From Prasinococcaceae sp. CCMP 1430 (lineage: Eukaryota > Plantae > Prasinodermophyta): a stretch of DNA of 64,000 bases. Positions within the stretch are counted from its first letter, which is position 1. Every line of letters starts with the position of its first letter. The stretch spans positions 2,514 to 66,513 of the forward strand of contig RQSC01001231.1 of the NCBI GenBank assembly GCA_013416795.1, written 5' to 3'. This document shows, piece by piece, positions 23,222 through 34,507 of this stretch. The translations under genes were made by a program, and so were the position numbers. The notes beneath the pieces are model-generated. The model did not search any database. It was not told the DNA's origin and saw only the letters and a list, made by a program, of their open reading frames with translations.

Positions 23222-23714
23222 GTGGGATGCCGGGGCCCACCGGAGGGGAACGAGGGAGGGAGGGATGATGGAGAGCTTTCGAGCAAAGCGACACAGGCGC
23301 GCCTGCCCCCAGCGCGAGCGGCGGCCGCCAGATGCGCAGGACTCTTCTTCAGGGAGGCCGCGGCAGTGACTGAGCAAGCGGCCGGAAGCCAAGCCCAAGG
23401 GGCGAGCGGCAGCGCAGCCGTCGCGCGACTCGCCCGTCGGTCCACGACAGCGCGGATGCAGCCATTCAGTGGTAGTTACAAGCACAGGCTCTCTCTCGAG
23501 CTCAAGAGCTAGCCATTTATGTGTAAATGGGAAGAACGGCGAGAGGATGTATCGCGTGCTGCCTTCCAACATTTCAAAGGTGACGGATAGAGCGCCTCCT
23601 TCCACCCCCTCCCCCCCCCCCCTCCCTCCTCCTCCCCCGTCCCTTCCCGTCCCCTCCTGCCCCTTCCGGCGTCGTCGACACCCACCAAGCCCACCGCCCT
23701 CGCTCGGCTCGCGT

Positions 23715-25579
23715 CTAGTTGCCTTCGGCCTTGCCGATCCTGGTCCCGCTCCAGAAGCTCGCGTACATGTTGATCCTATCGATGTACGGCGTGCCCTGGG
23801 CGTGCGCTGCCTCCTGCTTGCACTCGAAGCCCGCGGCCTCGATCTGTTTCCTATACGGCGGGTCCCTCGTCGCACTGCGCCAGATGATCTTGCCCCCCGG
23901 CGCGATCTGCCTGGCCAGCGCCGCGCTCAGCTGGTCGCCATACGCTTCGCCCAGCCAGTCCATGTGGTCCATGATGACAGCGCGCGTGTACTCGCACTTC
24001 TCCAGCTCAGACTGGTACGTGCCAGTCTTGATGTGCAGCCTCGTCACCGCGTTTGTGCGCTTCAGCTCGTCGAAGTTCTCCTTCTTTAGCCAGAAGGGGC
24101 AGCACGACTTGGTGAACTTGCCCGTCAAACACACGCGGTAGAAGTAGTTGCTGTCCCTGAGGTGGTTCGTCGTCGCCACGCCGTCGAGCAGGTTGAGCAC
24201 GTACTCGCAGATGGGCACCTCGTCAGTGATCAGCTTGAGCTGTGCCGGGGGCACGCCCGCCCCGAACCACATCATCGGCTTCGACAGGAAGATCGACGTG
24301 ACCACCCACTGCAGGAAGCCCCACAGGATGCGTGGCATGTGCTTCCAGGCGTACACGAGCCAAAACGAGTTCCACGCCTTTACCTGGTCCTCGAGCGTGG
24401 GCGCCTCCAAGAAGGCAGCGATGTTCCTCTGCATTCCCAAGAGCATGGCCGTGTACTTCATGCACATGATCATCATGCCCATGCCACCGAAGTAGTACAG
24501 GCCGTGCTTGAAGTAAAACATGCGCTCCGACCAGAACTCAACGGCGTCCTGCGAGAGGTAGGGGAAGATCTCGCGCTGGAAGAGCGCCTCCGCGTCCTCG
24601 TGGACGCCCTCGCCGAACAGCTTCCACACGTCCTCGTACGGCAGGCGCGCCACACACACCGCCTTCAGCTCCAGCAGGTGCGTCTGCGCGGGGTTGAGGT
24701 CCACGGCGGTCACCTGCGCCGCCCCCTGGTGCAGGTACTCGAAGCAGTTGCAGCCGCCGGCGCACAGCGTGATCAGCCGATCGCCGGGCTGCACGTCGAG
24801 CACCGGGCGGTCGGGCTCGGGATCCTCCCAGCTCACGCTGTACAGGAACGACGAGGGGAACAGGCTGAACATGGGCGGCTTCGCCGCCTTCTCGCCGGGC
24901 GAGCGCACTATCGGGCCCGGCGCCGCCAGCACGCGCAGCTGCTCGGGGTCGGTCGAGTTGGAGCCGATCCAGACGTAGAAGGGTACGCGCACCAGCGGCA
25001 CGTACGGGATGCGGCCGAGGCCGTTGTACTCGTGCACCGTGGTGAGGCGGTGCTCCAGGTACGCGCGGCGCTCGGGGCCGATGTCCACGCCGTCAAGGTC
25101 GAAGATCGAGCGCCAGAAGAAGCGCGCGATCGACGACGTCTGGCGCAGCGACGTGTCGTACTTTGAGCTCACGAAGTAGTCGGCGCCGCCGATCAGGCCG
25201 CCGGGCGCGAGGTACGAGATGGTGCCGTCGATGACCGAGTGGAACTCGGGCATCATCGACAGCGAGTACGCGAAAGTGATCAGGTCGGCCGTGCCCCCCG
25301 GCGGGCGGAAGGTGGACGCATCCTCGCGCACGACGTGCACGTTGGTCCAGCCGTTCTCCGCGATCTTGGCCTCGGCGGCCTGCGCGAGCGGCTCGCACAG
25401 GTCGACCACGTAGATCGCCTTGAAGCGTCCCAGGTCCATGTACTGGGCCATCTGCGCGATCGCCTCGGCGGTGCCGCTGCCCAGATCGCACCACACCAGG
25501 TCCGTCTGGTTCGCCAGGCGCTGCGCCAGCGCCGCCATCAGGCGATCTCGGCCGTGGAAGCGCGGCAGGTGGTCGTCTG
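23715..25579 (-). CDS. BTA1: Betaine lipid (DGTS) synthase, BtaB-BtaA fusion; 5' exon not located
   Basis: Colinear with Chlamydomonas BTA1 as recalled: DLGSGT, YVVDLC, TFAYSLSM, IGPERRAYLE, SWEDPEPD, VDLNPAQ, WFGAGVP, MDHMDW, WRSA and DRINMYASF. Acceptor CCCCCGCAG lies just upstream of DHLPRFHGRDRL. Confidence 0.95.
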
Positions 25580-25599
25580 CGGGGGCGAGCGGCGAGGCG

Positions 25600-25918
25600 G
25601 GCGTCCGACGACGGCGATGACAACCAGGCCAAGAACTCCTACGACCGCAAGATGGAGCGGCTTTTCGATGAGGTCGACGAAGTTATCGTATCGCTGACTG
25701 ACGCACGCGGGAAGCTTTTGCAGCTTGTCGTCATCGTGCAGCAGATGGTGTGCGAGGGCTTCATCCCTTGCCTGGACGAGTGTCGCAGGAAGTACAAGCG
25801 ACTAGACATCTTGACTGAGGACTGGAACACAATGCAGGGAGATTCGGCCCGGGTCGACCTCGCAATCGCTGAGCTGAGACAGATTCTGGCCGAGAACGCA
25901 AACGCAAATCCAGAGTAA
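25600..25918 (+). CDS. Short helical hypothetical ORF or coding fragment directly upstream of, and antisense to, BTA1
   Basis: Amphipathic, protein-like translation (MERLFDEVDEVIVSLTDARGKLLQLVVIVQQ...); the 5' end is unclear. Confidence 0.35.
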
Positions 25919-26160
25919 ATCCCCAAAACACTACGACGAAACCCGCTCGCGCAAGGCCCACCACGCTGTAGCTGCTTCGCGACGGAGGGGGGCCTGTCCC
26001 TAGCTAGCTCCCTACCTACGTGAGAGCTCGGCGCAGTCGCGTGCATCTTACGGAGCGCTCTCGAGAAGAGCGAGCGCTGTTGCGCGTCGGCGGTCGACGC
26101 CGTACAGGGTGCTGGCGTCAAGTGTGCGTTCAGACCCGCATGCATTGTCATGCGTACGCA

Positions 26161-26606
26161 TCATCCAGAGGCGGCCGGTTGAGGGACGGGGGCGTCCGTT
26201 GGCGGCGACACGGGCGTCGCGATGCATCCTGGCAGGGTGGGATCATTCGCAGCTATTGCCACGAGTACATTCTGCGGCGAGTCCGTAGGGACGCACGAAT
26301 CTTCAGGCATGTCAATGGAGGTCAACTCCAGCAAGTTGGCGAAAATCCCTGACACGAAAGCCTGCGTCCCGTTGAGCGTGGGGTTGTCGTTCAGTTCGAG
26401 GTTCTCGAGCGCCTTCGTGTCGTCGAAGAGACCGTATGGCATGCCAGCGCCCGCCGGCTCGAGCACGTTGTCGTGTAGCGTCAGGTTGACCAGCTCATTC
26501 AGGTCGTCGAACGCATTGCTGTCCAACGCGCGCATGCCGTTCGAGTGCAGCTTCAGGGTCTTCAGCGCGGACATCTCTTCGAATGGTTCCGACGGGATGC
26601 TCCCGA
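26161..26606 (-). CDS. C-terminal fragment of an extracellular-type leucine-rich-repeat protein; 5' part cut at the N at 26607
   Basis: LKTLKLHSNGMRALDSNAFDDL, LVNLTLHDNVL and LENLELNDNP match LxxLxLxxN. Confidence 0.75.
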
Positions 26607-27133
26607 NCCGGCACCGCGCCGGTCCGCGTCTGCGTTCGCGCGCTCGCGCGGTCGCGTGGATCGATCTCCCACTCAACCGTGGCGCGCCCGCGCCGCTCGC
26701 CCCCCACCCTCCCGGCGTGGGGCCTCGGTCCGTCCTCGGCGGTCCGGATCCGGATCGCGCGCGCGGAGACGCGCGCGCAGCGTCCGGAATTCGGCGGAAA
26801 CGCCCCATCGACACGCACCCGCGTGAAACGACGGACCGGCGATTTCGATGCCGCGCGCGCGGCGGCGGGAAACGACAGAAAAAGATGCTCCTTCCGCGGC
26901 GTTTCGCCGGCAGACAGGCAGGCAGACAGGCAGGCAGGCAGGGAGCGGCGCTGCCGCGGCCTCGGCGCCGCGCTGGCCGGCTGAGTGGTATGCTGGCCAG
27001 GAGCCCCACGGTGATGGATGCGCGAGCGGAGCGCGCGCCGCGCGCGCACGCGGGTCCGTGGCGGGGGTATCGTGTATCGCGATCGCCGCGGCGGCATCAT
27101 CGGCCAGCGCGCGGGAATCTTCACATGCCCTGT

Positions 27134-27174
27134 GGGGTTAGGGTTATGATTAGGGTTAAATGTTAGGGTCAGGG
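27134..27174. repeat. Degenerate interstitial TTAGGG-like repeats
   Basis: GGGGTTAGGGTTATGATTAGGGTTAAATGTTAGGGTCAGGG. Confidence 0.65.
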
Positions 27175-27623
27175 CGCCGGGGCACGCCGGCATGGGTCCG
27201 GCCGGGTCCGCGCGCGGGCGCTGGCCGCGGCGGCGCATGACAGGTGAGCGCACCGCAGCTCTGCGCTGCTCTTCTCTGCTCTGCTCTGCTCTGGCGGCTC
27301 GGAGCGGGCGCGCGCGCATCGACCGCAGCGGCCCAGGACGCGGCCGCTGCGCGCGCTTCGACTGAGCTATTATGGGTGGGAGCCTCCATCAGGTGGCGTG
27401 CAACGCTGGGCTGGGCGCTGCTGCTGCCGATCGTCGCGGCCGCATCTGTGCGGGCGGGCGTGGGTGATAAGGTACACTTCGAGGGTTTACAATGGGCTCC
27501 CACCGGCCGCCGCCCGGCGTGCGCGTGCAGCGCTCAGCCGTTTGCTCCGGCTCATCATCCGCTCACGCTGTCGATGGCGCGCCGTCCGAGCCCCGCCCGA
27601 GGCCCCCGCTCTCGCGCCCGCGC

Positions 27624-28460
27624 TCACGCGTCGGCGACGCCGTCGGGGCCGAGCGGGCCGCCGATGGCGGCGCGCGCCTTGTCGGAGAGCTCGCCGGCGT
27701 CCTTGCCGGTGAGCTGCGGGTGCACGACGATGCGGATGTTGCCCGAGCGCAGCTGGCCCGCGTTGCCGTTGGGCATGAGGTCGCCCGTGCCCACGAGCGT
27801 GATGGGCACGATGGGCACCTTGGCCTTGGCGGCGAGCGAGAAGGCGCCCTTCTTGAAGCCGTGCATCTTGCCGTCCTTGGTGCGCGTCCCCTCGGGGAAG
27901 AGGAGCACGGAGGCGCCCTCGCGCAGCATGTAGCGGCAGGTGAGCAGCATCTCCTTCATGGAGCGCGCGTCGGTGCGCTTGAGCGGCACGTGGCCCGTGA
28001 GGAACATCGACCAGCCCACGATGGGGATCATGAAGACGGACGTCTTGGACACGAACTTGAAGCCCCGCCACAGCGAGAACAGGGTGAAGATGTCCAGGTT
28101 GGAGGCGTGGTTGGCCACGTACACGGCGGGCGTCGCGTCGTCCGGCAGGTTCTCCTCGCCCTCGATGGTCACCCGGTAGAACGGCCACGTGCTCAGGTTG
28201 GCCCACACGATGTTCACCCAGTGCAGCGCCTTGCGCCGAATGCCGTCGAAGCGGGCCACGAACGGGTACATCGCGAGCATGAGCATGAAGAGCGGGACCG
28301 ACAGCGCCAGCGTCCACACGTAGAAGCAGACGGCGCGGCACACCGCCACCGCCGTGGCGAAGGCCCCCCCGCTCGCGGCCTCGGGCTCCGGCGCCGCCGT
28401 CGCCACTCCGGCCGCCCCCGCCACGCACGCCAAGCGCCGCTGCGTGGGCGGCGCCGCCCC
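27624..28460 (-). CDS. 1-acyl-sn-glycerol-3-phosphate acyltransferase (PlsC/LPAAT, plastid type); N-terminus interrupted by the N at 28461
   Basis: NHASNLD (NHX4D), KFVSK, IPIVGW, LKR, FPEGTR and PIVPI. Confidence 0.93.
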   Translation of the reverse strand, partial: GAAPPTQRRLACVAGAAGVATAAPEPEAASGGAFATAVAVCRAVCFYVWTLALSVPLFMLMLAMYPFVARFDGIRRKALHWVNIVWANLSTWPFYRVTIEGEENLPDDATPAVYVANHASNLDIFTLFSLWRGFKFVSKTSVFMIPIVGWSMFLTGHVPLKRTDARSMKEMLLTCRYMLREGASVLLFPEGTRTKDGKMHGFKKGAFSLAAKAKVPIVPITLVGTGDLMPNGNAGQLRSGNIRIVVHPQLTGKDAGELSDKARAAIGGPLGPDGVADA

Positions 28461-29283
28461 NGCACCGTGTGGCGCACGCGGCGGCGGCGGCGGCGCGAAC
28501 TCGTGGCCCTCTCGCGCCGCGCCGCGCGGATTGCTCTATCCGCTTGGCAATTTCCCCATCAAATGAACGCCACAGGTCAAACCGAAGGGGCAGCACACTC
28601 AGAAGTCCTCAGCAAAACGAACCTGCGAGCCGCATGCGGCGCGGCGGGAGGAAGGGCGCACGCGGAGCGCCTTCCACCGAGGAAAAGACCCAGGTCTGGA
28701 GGCGCGGGGTGGCGCGCCGGGCATCGGTGGAGGCAAGAACTGACCCAGGATTTCATCCGCTGTTGCCGGCCGGGGGGGGGGTGAGGGGAGGAAGAAGAAG
28801 GCGAAATACGGACGGGGCGGACGCGCACCCGACCGAGGGGCGATTCCGCAGCGCGGCCGGCCAACTTTTGTGCGGCGAGACGAAAATGCGCACAACGCTG
28901 ACAATGAATGCATATCGCACATGTCTTTTTACGTACATCGCTCCAAATTGAAGCGAAATAGCTGGCGGCAGATTGATTGAGCGTGGGACCGCGTGACGGC
29001 CATCAGACCACAGCACCGCGCGGAACGGTTCAGGTTTCAGTTTGGGTTTTTATGCATGGTTCTAATTCGTATGCATTTTCACCAGACGCTCCGGCGGGGT
29101 CCGTCGCGCGCCGCGCAGCACTGTGCTTTACTACGCTCGATCAAAGCTCACGTGAAAAAAGTGATTTCACTCGGAATTGTTTGGGAGAAATTGCGGTCGA
29201 AAATGCGTCGCCGCGCATCCGAATTGATGTGAGATCCAGCCACCGAAAAAACCCCCGCCAGCGTGGTGGGGCGCGGGGATGCC

Positions 29284-29433
29284 ATGGGCGCTGGGCAGCA
29301 GTTCCCGATGCCTGGCTACGGAGGAATGATGGCGCAGCCGCCCATGCAAACGATGGACCCTGCCATGATGGCGCAGTTCCACTCCGCGGGCATGGCGCCT
29401 GGCATGCCAGGGCCGGGCGCGCCGGGGCCGTGA
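29284..29433 (+). CDS. Possible Met/Pro/Gly/Gln-rich small ORF or terminal exon
   Basis: Reads MGAGQQFPMPGYGGMMAQPPMQTMDPAMMAQFHSAGMAPGMPGPGAPGP*; upstream exons not identified. Confidence 0.35.
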   Translation: MGAGQQFPMPGYGGMMAQPPMQTMDPAMMAQFHSAGMAPGMPGPGAPGP

Positions 29434-29705
29434 GCTGAGCCGCTCGTGTCGCGGCGTGGCCTTTCTTCCAGGCGTGGAGGCTTGAGAGTGCATGCTCCTC
29501 TAGCTAAGCAAGCCTTTCGAGACTGCGGCGATGAGGGTCTGGGGTCTTCCTTCACAAACGCGCGAGCGCGACCTGAATGGACACGCGTCAGCGCCACGGC
29601 GCACCAGCGGCCACACGTTGAAAAAAAAAAACTCCATAGGATATTATCACCGTCGCCGCGAAACCTCGCCTGAATCACGCCACGGCGCGCGAGCCGCGCG
29701 CACGT

Positions 29706-30236
29706 TCATGCCGAGCGCTCGCCGCCGCCGCCGCCCTGGACACCCTTGTGCGCGTTGTACCGACGCTCGACCTCCTCTGCCAGGGCCGCGCCTGTGGGCG
29801 TGCGCCACTTGCCACGCGTCGAGTTGAAGAAGCCGCTGAGGTCCATCCCCTGCGCCTGCTCGTACTCATTGGCCTGCACAATCATCTCGAGCTTGTCGAA
29901 GTCCTTGACGAGGTTGGCCTCCTTCGTCTCGCCAGCCTCGTATTCATTCCACAGTGCCGCCACCTCGGCGGCCGCCGCGCCGCCACCTAGCATCTCTTTG
30001 ATGCTCTCGAGCGCCTCGGCCTCGCGCCTGTGCTTCTCCTCGTCCGAGACGCCGCAGTGCGGCGTGATGTCACCCACGAGCGCTTCGGCCATGTCGTGCA
30101 CGAGCGCCATCTTGATGCAGCGCGACGCGTCGGTGCCCTCGGCCCCAGCGAGCACGAGCGCAAGCGACGCCATGCGGAAGGAGTGGTCCGCGACTGACTC
30201 GGGCTCAGAGACCCCGCTGCGCACCCATCCGGTGCG
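29706..30236 (-). CDS. HD-domain 5'-deoxynucleotidase (HDDC2/YfbR-like); first exon unresolved near the N at 30360
   Basis: RTGWV, ESVADHSFRM, ALVHDMAEALVGDITP, EYE and VKDFDKLEMIVQA. Confidence 0.92.
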   Translation of the reverse strand, partial: RTGWVRSGVSEPESVADHSFRMASLALVLAGAEGTDASRCIKMALVHDMAEALVGDITPHCGVSDEEKHRREAEALESIKEMLGGGAAAAEVAALWNEYEAGETKEANLVKDFDKLEMIVQANEYEQAQGMDLSGFFNSTRGKWRTPTGAALAEEVERRYNAHKGVQGGGGGERSA

Positions 30237-30505
30237 CTGCGAAGCGAGTGCGTGCAGGAGCGCCGGCGCGGGCGACCGCCTCTCGAGTCAGCGGCAGGCG
30301 CGGGCGCGCGTCTGCACGCTCGGGCGCGCGCACGCGCGCGGCTGCCGGGCGTCCCACACNCACACACTCCCCCCCTGCTCCCCTCCCTCCCTCCCCTCTT
30401 GGGCGGGCTCCCGGCCGCAGCAGCAGCAGCGGCGGCGCCAACAGAGCGCGCGCAGAGCGGCGGCGGCAGCCGGCAGAGGTGGCGGAGCCCCACCAGCCAG
30501 CAGCC

Positions 30506-31402
30506 ATGGCGATAGGCGAGCTGGACTTCAGCGACCCGGCGACCGGCCGCCCGAAGGACGGCTGGCCGCCGAAGAACGAGGCCGAGAAGTTCGTGTACGT
30601 GCTCACGCGCCGCGACCGGGCGATGAAGGTGTGGAACAACGTGTACCAGTGCCGGCGCTGCGGGCTGCGCATCACCGGCCAGCCCGCCAAGATTCGCTGC
30701 CACAACACCGGCGTGCCCGAGGGCAACGTGCACTGCAGGCCGTGCACCAACCCGGACCCGGTCGCGGTCAAGCTCTTCTCGTCGATGGTGCGCACCGCGC
30801 CCAAGGGGCGCTACGTCGGCAAGTCGCCCAAGGCGCAGGGCACCAAGCAGGTGAAGGGCCACGCGCCCAACAAGGTGCTGGTGCTGGCCACGGGCGGCAC
30901 CATCGACAAGGACTACACCAAGCAGGTCGACGGCGCCGGCTTCGAGTTCGGCTCCGAGCCGGCGGTCACGCGCATCCTCGAGCAGGTGACCACCAAGGGG
31001 AGTGTGCAGATCAAGGTGCAGCTGCACAGCAGCAAGGACAGCACGCAGATGACCGACGAGGACCGCTACGCGCTCGCGCAGGCCGTCGTCACTGCCAAGC
31101 AGCACAAGATCGTCGTGACGCACGGCACCGACACCATGCTCAAGAGCGCCCAGGTGGTCGAGGACGCCCTCATCAACTCGGGCAACCCGATGGTCAAGAC
31201 GGTCGTCTTCACGGGCGCCAACAAGCCGCAGCGCTTCGCGCAGGGCGACGCCTCCTTCAACGTCGGCGCGGCCTTCGGCTGCCTGTCGGTCGCGCCGCCC
31301 GGCGTGTACGTCTCCATGGGAGGCGCCGCGCGCCTCGCCAGCGCGTGCGTGCGCGACGAGACCACGGGCGCCTTCACCGGCAAGCGCGCCAGGACCGAGT
31401 GA
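30506..31402 (+). CDS. BED-type zinc finger fused to a short, single-domain L-asparaginase
   Basis: N-terminal CRRC-x13-H-x10-C. C-terminal ATGGTIDKDY, SKDS, THGTDTM, VFTGA and FNVGAA. Strong GC3 bias throughout, with no intron needed. Confidence 0.85.
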   Translation: MAIGELDFSDPATGRPKDGWPPKNEAEKFVYVLTRRDRAMKVWNNVYQCRRCGLRITGQPAKIRCHNTGVPEGNVHCRPCTNPDPVAVKLFSSMVRTAPKGRYVGKSPKAQGTKQVKGHAPNKVLVLATGGTIDKDYTKQVDGAGFEFGSEPAVTRILEQVTTKGSVQIKVQLHSSKDSTQMTDEDRYALAQAVVTAKQHKIVVTHGTDTMLKSAQVVEDALINSGNPMVKTVVFTGANKPQRFAQGDASFNVGAAFGCLSVAPPGVYVSMGGAARLASACVRDETTGAFTGKRARTE

Positions 31403-32131
31403 GGCGGCCGGCGCACGAGGCGATGAGCGGCGCCCGAGAGGCGCCCTCGGATGAGACACACAGAGTGACCGACCGCGTGACGCTCCCGGCTCACATGCAA
31501 CCAGCTCCGCGCACACGCGCAGATGGGACGACGGCGTGGGCGCTCAACGCCGCGGCCCAAGCAATAGGCTGCCCCCCACTCTCACCCCCACCCCCACGAA
31601 CGAGCGGACACGCGGCAGCTGCGCGTGCTCCGGCGCGCAAACACCCCCCCCTACCTTGTCCACTTCTTCACGCGAACTAACAACCGCATGGCACACGCCG
31701 TGATGCTGCCAGGCGAGCGCCAAAGCGGTCGGCACACACAGAACTAGCCCGTTCACGCAATAATACATATATTTCTGGCGGGCTGCCACCCACCACATTT
31801 GATTTATCACACGTCGGCCAGTTTACATGGAGTGCGACACGCGGCCGGACGCTTGGGCACAGTCAGTGTCGGCGTGTCTGCGCTTGCTAGAGAGTATGGT
31901 ACAGGTGCAGCCGCCACGCGTCGACCGCGGGGCGCGAATGCTCACCCGCCGCGGGCGCTCACACGCTCGCAGTCGTCAGCGACGGTGGGCTCATCAGAAG
32001 CAAGAAGAGTTCCAAGGGAGGAGCGGTGTGGCCGCGGCCCCAATGCTCGGGAAGTCGGCAGCGAGGTGCGACACAAAGCCCAGTGCAGCAGAGCGCGAGC
32101 GCTCGTGAGCCCAGGGCCAACGCGACACCGA

Positions 32132-33400
32132 TCAGGCCGCAGTCGTGACGTCCATCGCGGGCTCGGCAGCAGTGTAGAGCAGCGACATGAGGTGCGCGCC
32201 CGACTCGCCCGGAAGGGCCTTCGTGCCTGCCGCACCCGGCGCGCCGGACGGGCCGGCGGTAGTTCCATCTGCCTGACGGCCGTTGGAGCCCCCGTCGTCG
32301 CCGCCGGCGGGTGCGATCGGCGCCCCCGGCTTCTGCAGCTGCTCCTGGCACAGGCAGCGCATCTCCTCGATCTGGCGCAGCCAGCGCTCGAGCTTGCTTC
32401 CCTCACCCGCCAACGCGGCGTCCATGGAGCGAAAGAGCTCCTCGGCAGCCGCGGTCGCCTTCGTGTCGGATGTGCCGGTCTTCCGCGCTTTCGAGTTGGA
32501 CTCGTGGCGCGTTTTCTGCACGCGGTGCCTGCTGCGGCGAAGCGCCGCCAGCCGCCCCTTCGAGTCGGCGGCGAGAGCATCCAGCCAGCGCAACGTGGCC
32601 GCTACGACGGCGTGCTTGCCCGTCGGCGTCGCGAGCGCTTCGATGCACTGAGGGAGTCGCTCCGCCAGGCCACGCAGGCGCTCGGCGTCGACGGGAGCGC
32701 CCAGCTCCACCACCCGCTGCTCTGAGGCGCCAACGACGAATTGCAGCGCCTCCGCCGAAGTGGGCGGCGGCTTGGGCGGCTTGGGAGGCACGACGACGGG
32801 CTCGACTTTCACGCGCGGCGGACGGGGCGGGCGTTTGCCGCTCCTCCGCCTAGGCGTCGCACCATCGCCGTCGTCGGCGCTGCGGCGCGCGCGGGCGCCC
32901 GACCTCGACCCAGAACGCGCCGCCGATGGCTTGGCTGTGAAGGGGCTGACACCCGTCGCCTGCAGCAGGAGGTCCAGCCCCCCGAGCGCGTCCATATCCA
33001 TCTCGTCGACGGTGTCCTCATCGTCGTCGTCGTCGTCCTCCCCCTCGCTGTCGTCCACAGTAGCGCGAGGAGCCTCCTTGGGCTGCGCTCTGCGCCTCTT
33101 GCCCGAGGACACGCTCCTACCGCCGGAGCTGCCGCGACTGGTGCGCGCCGCCTTGGTCGCCCCTGCGCCGGCGCGCGCGCGCTTCTTCGCCTTGGGCGGT
33201 GCGGACGTGGCCGCCGCCCCTGCGCCGCGCTTGAGGGCGCCCTTGCCTCTTGGCACCGGAAGCTCGGACACGGTCGTGGTAAAGCGCTTCGGCATGGACG
33301 TGTTGCGCCTGCTGCGCCCGCCAGCGGGGGCCGGCACCTCTGCGTCTGGCGCCAAATCTTTGCCTGCCACCATGGCCGCTGCGCCCTCTTGCGGCGGTCC
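32132..33400 (-). CDS. Hypothetical basic/acidic low-complexity protein with a helical C-terminal domain, probably nuclear. The ORF extends upstream to 33958 through a hydrophobic stretch.
   Basis: NLS-like PPKAKKRAR, an acidic run DDSEGEDDDDDDED, and helical GRLAALRRSRHRV...KLERWLRQIEEM. True start and exon structure unclear. Confidence 0.55.
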   Translation of the reverse strand, partial: GPPQEGAAAMVAGKDLAPDAEVPAPAGGRSRRNTSMPKRFTTTVSELPVPRGKGALKRGAGAAATSAPPKAKKRARAGAGATKAARTSRGSSGGRSVSSGKRRRAQPKEAPRATVDDSEGEDDDDDDEDTVDEMDMDALGGLDLLLQATGVSPFTAKPSAARSGSRSGARARRSADDGDGATPRRRSGKRPPRPPRVKVEPVVVPPKPPKPPPTSAEALQFVVGASEQRVVELGAPVDAERLRGLAERLPQCIEALATPTGKHAVVAATLRWLDALAADSKGRLAALRRSRHRVQKTRHESNSKARKTGTSDTKATAAAEELFRSMDAALAGEGSKLERWLRQIEEMRCLCQEQLQKPGAPIAPAGGDDGGSNGRQADGTTAGPSGAPGAAGTKALPGESGAHLMSLLYTAAEPAMDVTTAA

Positions 33401-34507
33401 TGGCGCCCCCTCGTCGCCCGCCCCGCTGCGCGGGGCGTCACCGCCCCGCCCGTCGACCTCGTCGCCCGCCTGTGCCCCTTCTTCGCGCCCGACCTCGGCC
33501 GGGCGCCTGCGCGCGCCCGCCCAGAAGCGCGGCATGCTCCTTGGAGCTCGGCGGGTGCGGCGCGCGGCGCGCGGCGCGCGGACGCTGCGACAGGCCTCTT
33601 CCGCTGCGCAGGCGCAGGCAATGCAGCCTATCTTTCCTGCAGGCAGCTCCATAACCTCCTCGCTACCGCCGCGTGCCACGCGCGCCAGCCGCCGATACGC
33701 ACCGATAGCGTGGAGCGCCTCGGGCAGCAGCGACATGATGGTCACGCCGCACGTGGTCGCCGCCAGCGCTGGTAATTGCCAGGCCGTGGCCGCAGACCGC
33801 GTAGCCGTCCACCACTGCGCGGCCTGCAGAAGCGCCGCGAACGCGAGCGAGTGCGGCCGCAAGGGGCCGAGCCACGCGTTGGCGCCCGAGCATCCCAGAG
33901 CGAGGGCTGAGAGCGCCAGCTGCAGAGCGCAGCAGGCAGAGGCGAGCATCGACACCACCGACCACAGTGCGAGGCTGNCGGCCCCCGGAAACGATCCGGC
34001 GTCCCGCGCGCCGCGCCGCGCCGCGCCGCGTCAGCGGACGTCGCTGATCGTGCGGATGCCGACTCTGGCTGACGCGTTCCCGAGCGGTGGCGCGGCGGGA
34101 GCGTGCTCGCCCGTGGGTACATGTATCATCGAAACACATTCAGAAAGAACCGGAGGGGCGCGCGGGGCGGCGGCGGCCCGGCCGGCCGCGAACGCACCCG
34201 CAACGAAAACGAAAAGGCGCGCGCGCGCGCGCGAACGCGGGCGAAAGCGAAAGCGAAAGCGAAGGCGAAAGCGAAAGCGCCGCGGCGAAGGAAAAAAAAA
34301 CGACCGGCCGACCGACCGAACGAGCGCGAACGCTGGGGCGGATGGGTATCGCGGGCGGGGCCGGGCGCGCCGCGCGCCGCGCGCGGATCTGAAACGCCCG
34401 CCTTCCCTGGCGCGGCCGCGGAGGGACGGGGGCGCGCCAAAAGGCGCGCGCTCGNCGCGCGCGCGTGCCGCGGCCGCCGGCGAGCGCGCCCCGAGTGCGC
34501 GGCGCCG

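Noticed and set aside
27134-27174. True chromosome end
   Set aside because: The array is short, degenerate and flanked by genes on both sides.
30506-30860. Intact hAT transposon
   Set aside because: Only a BED-like finger is present; no DDE or dimerisation domain and no terminal inverted repeats were seen.
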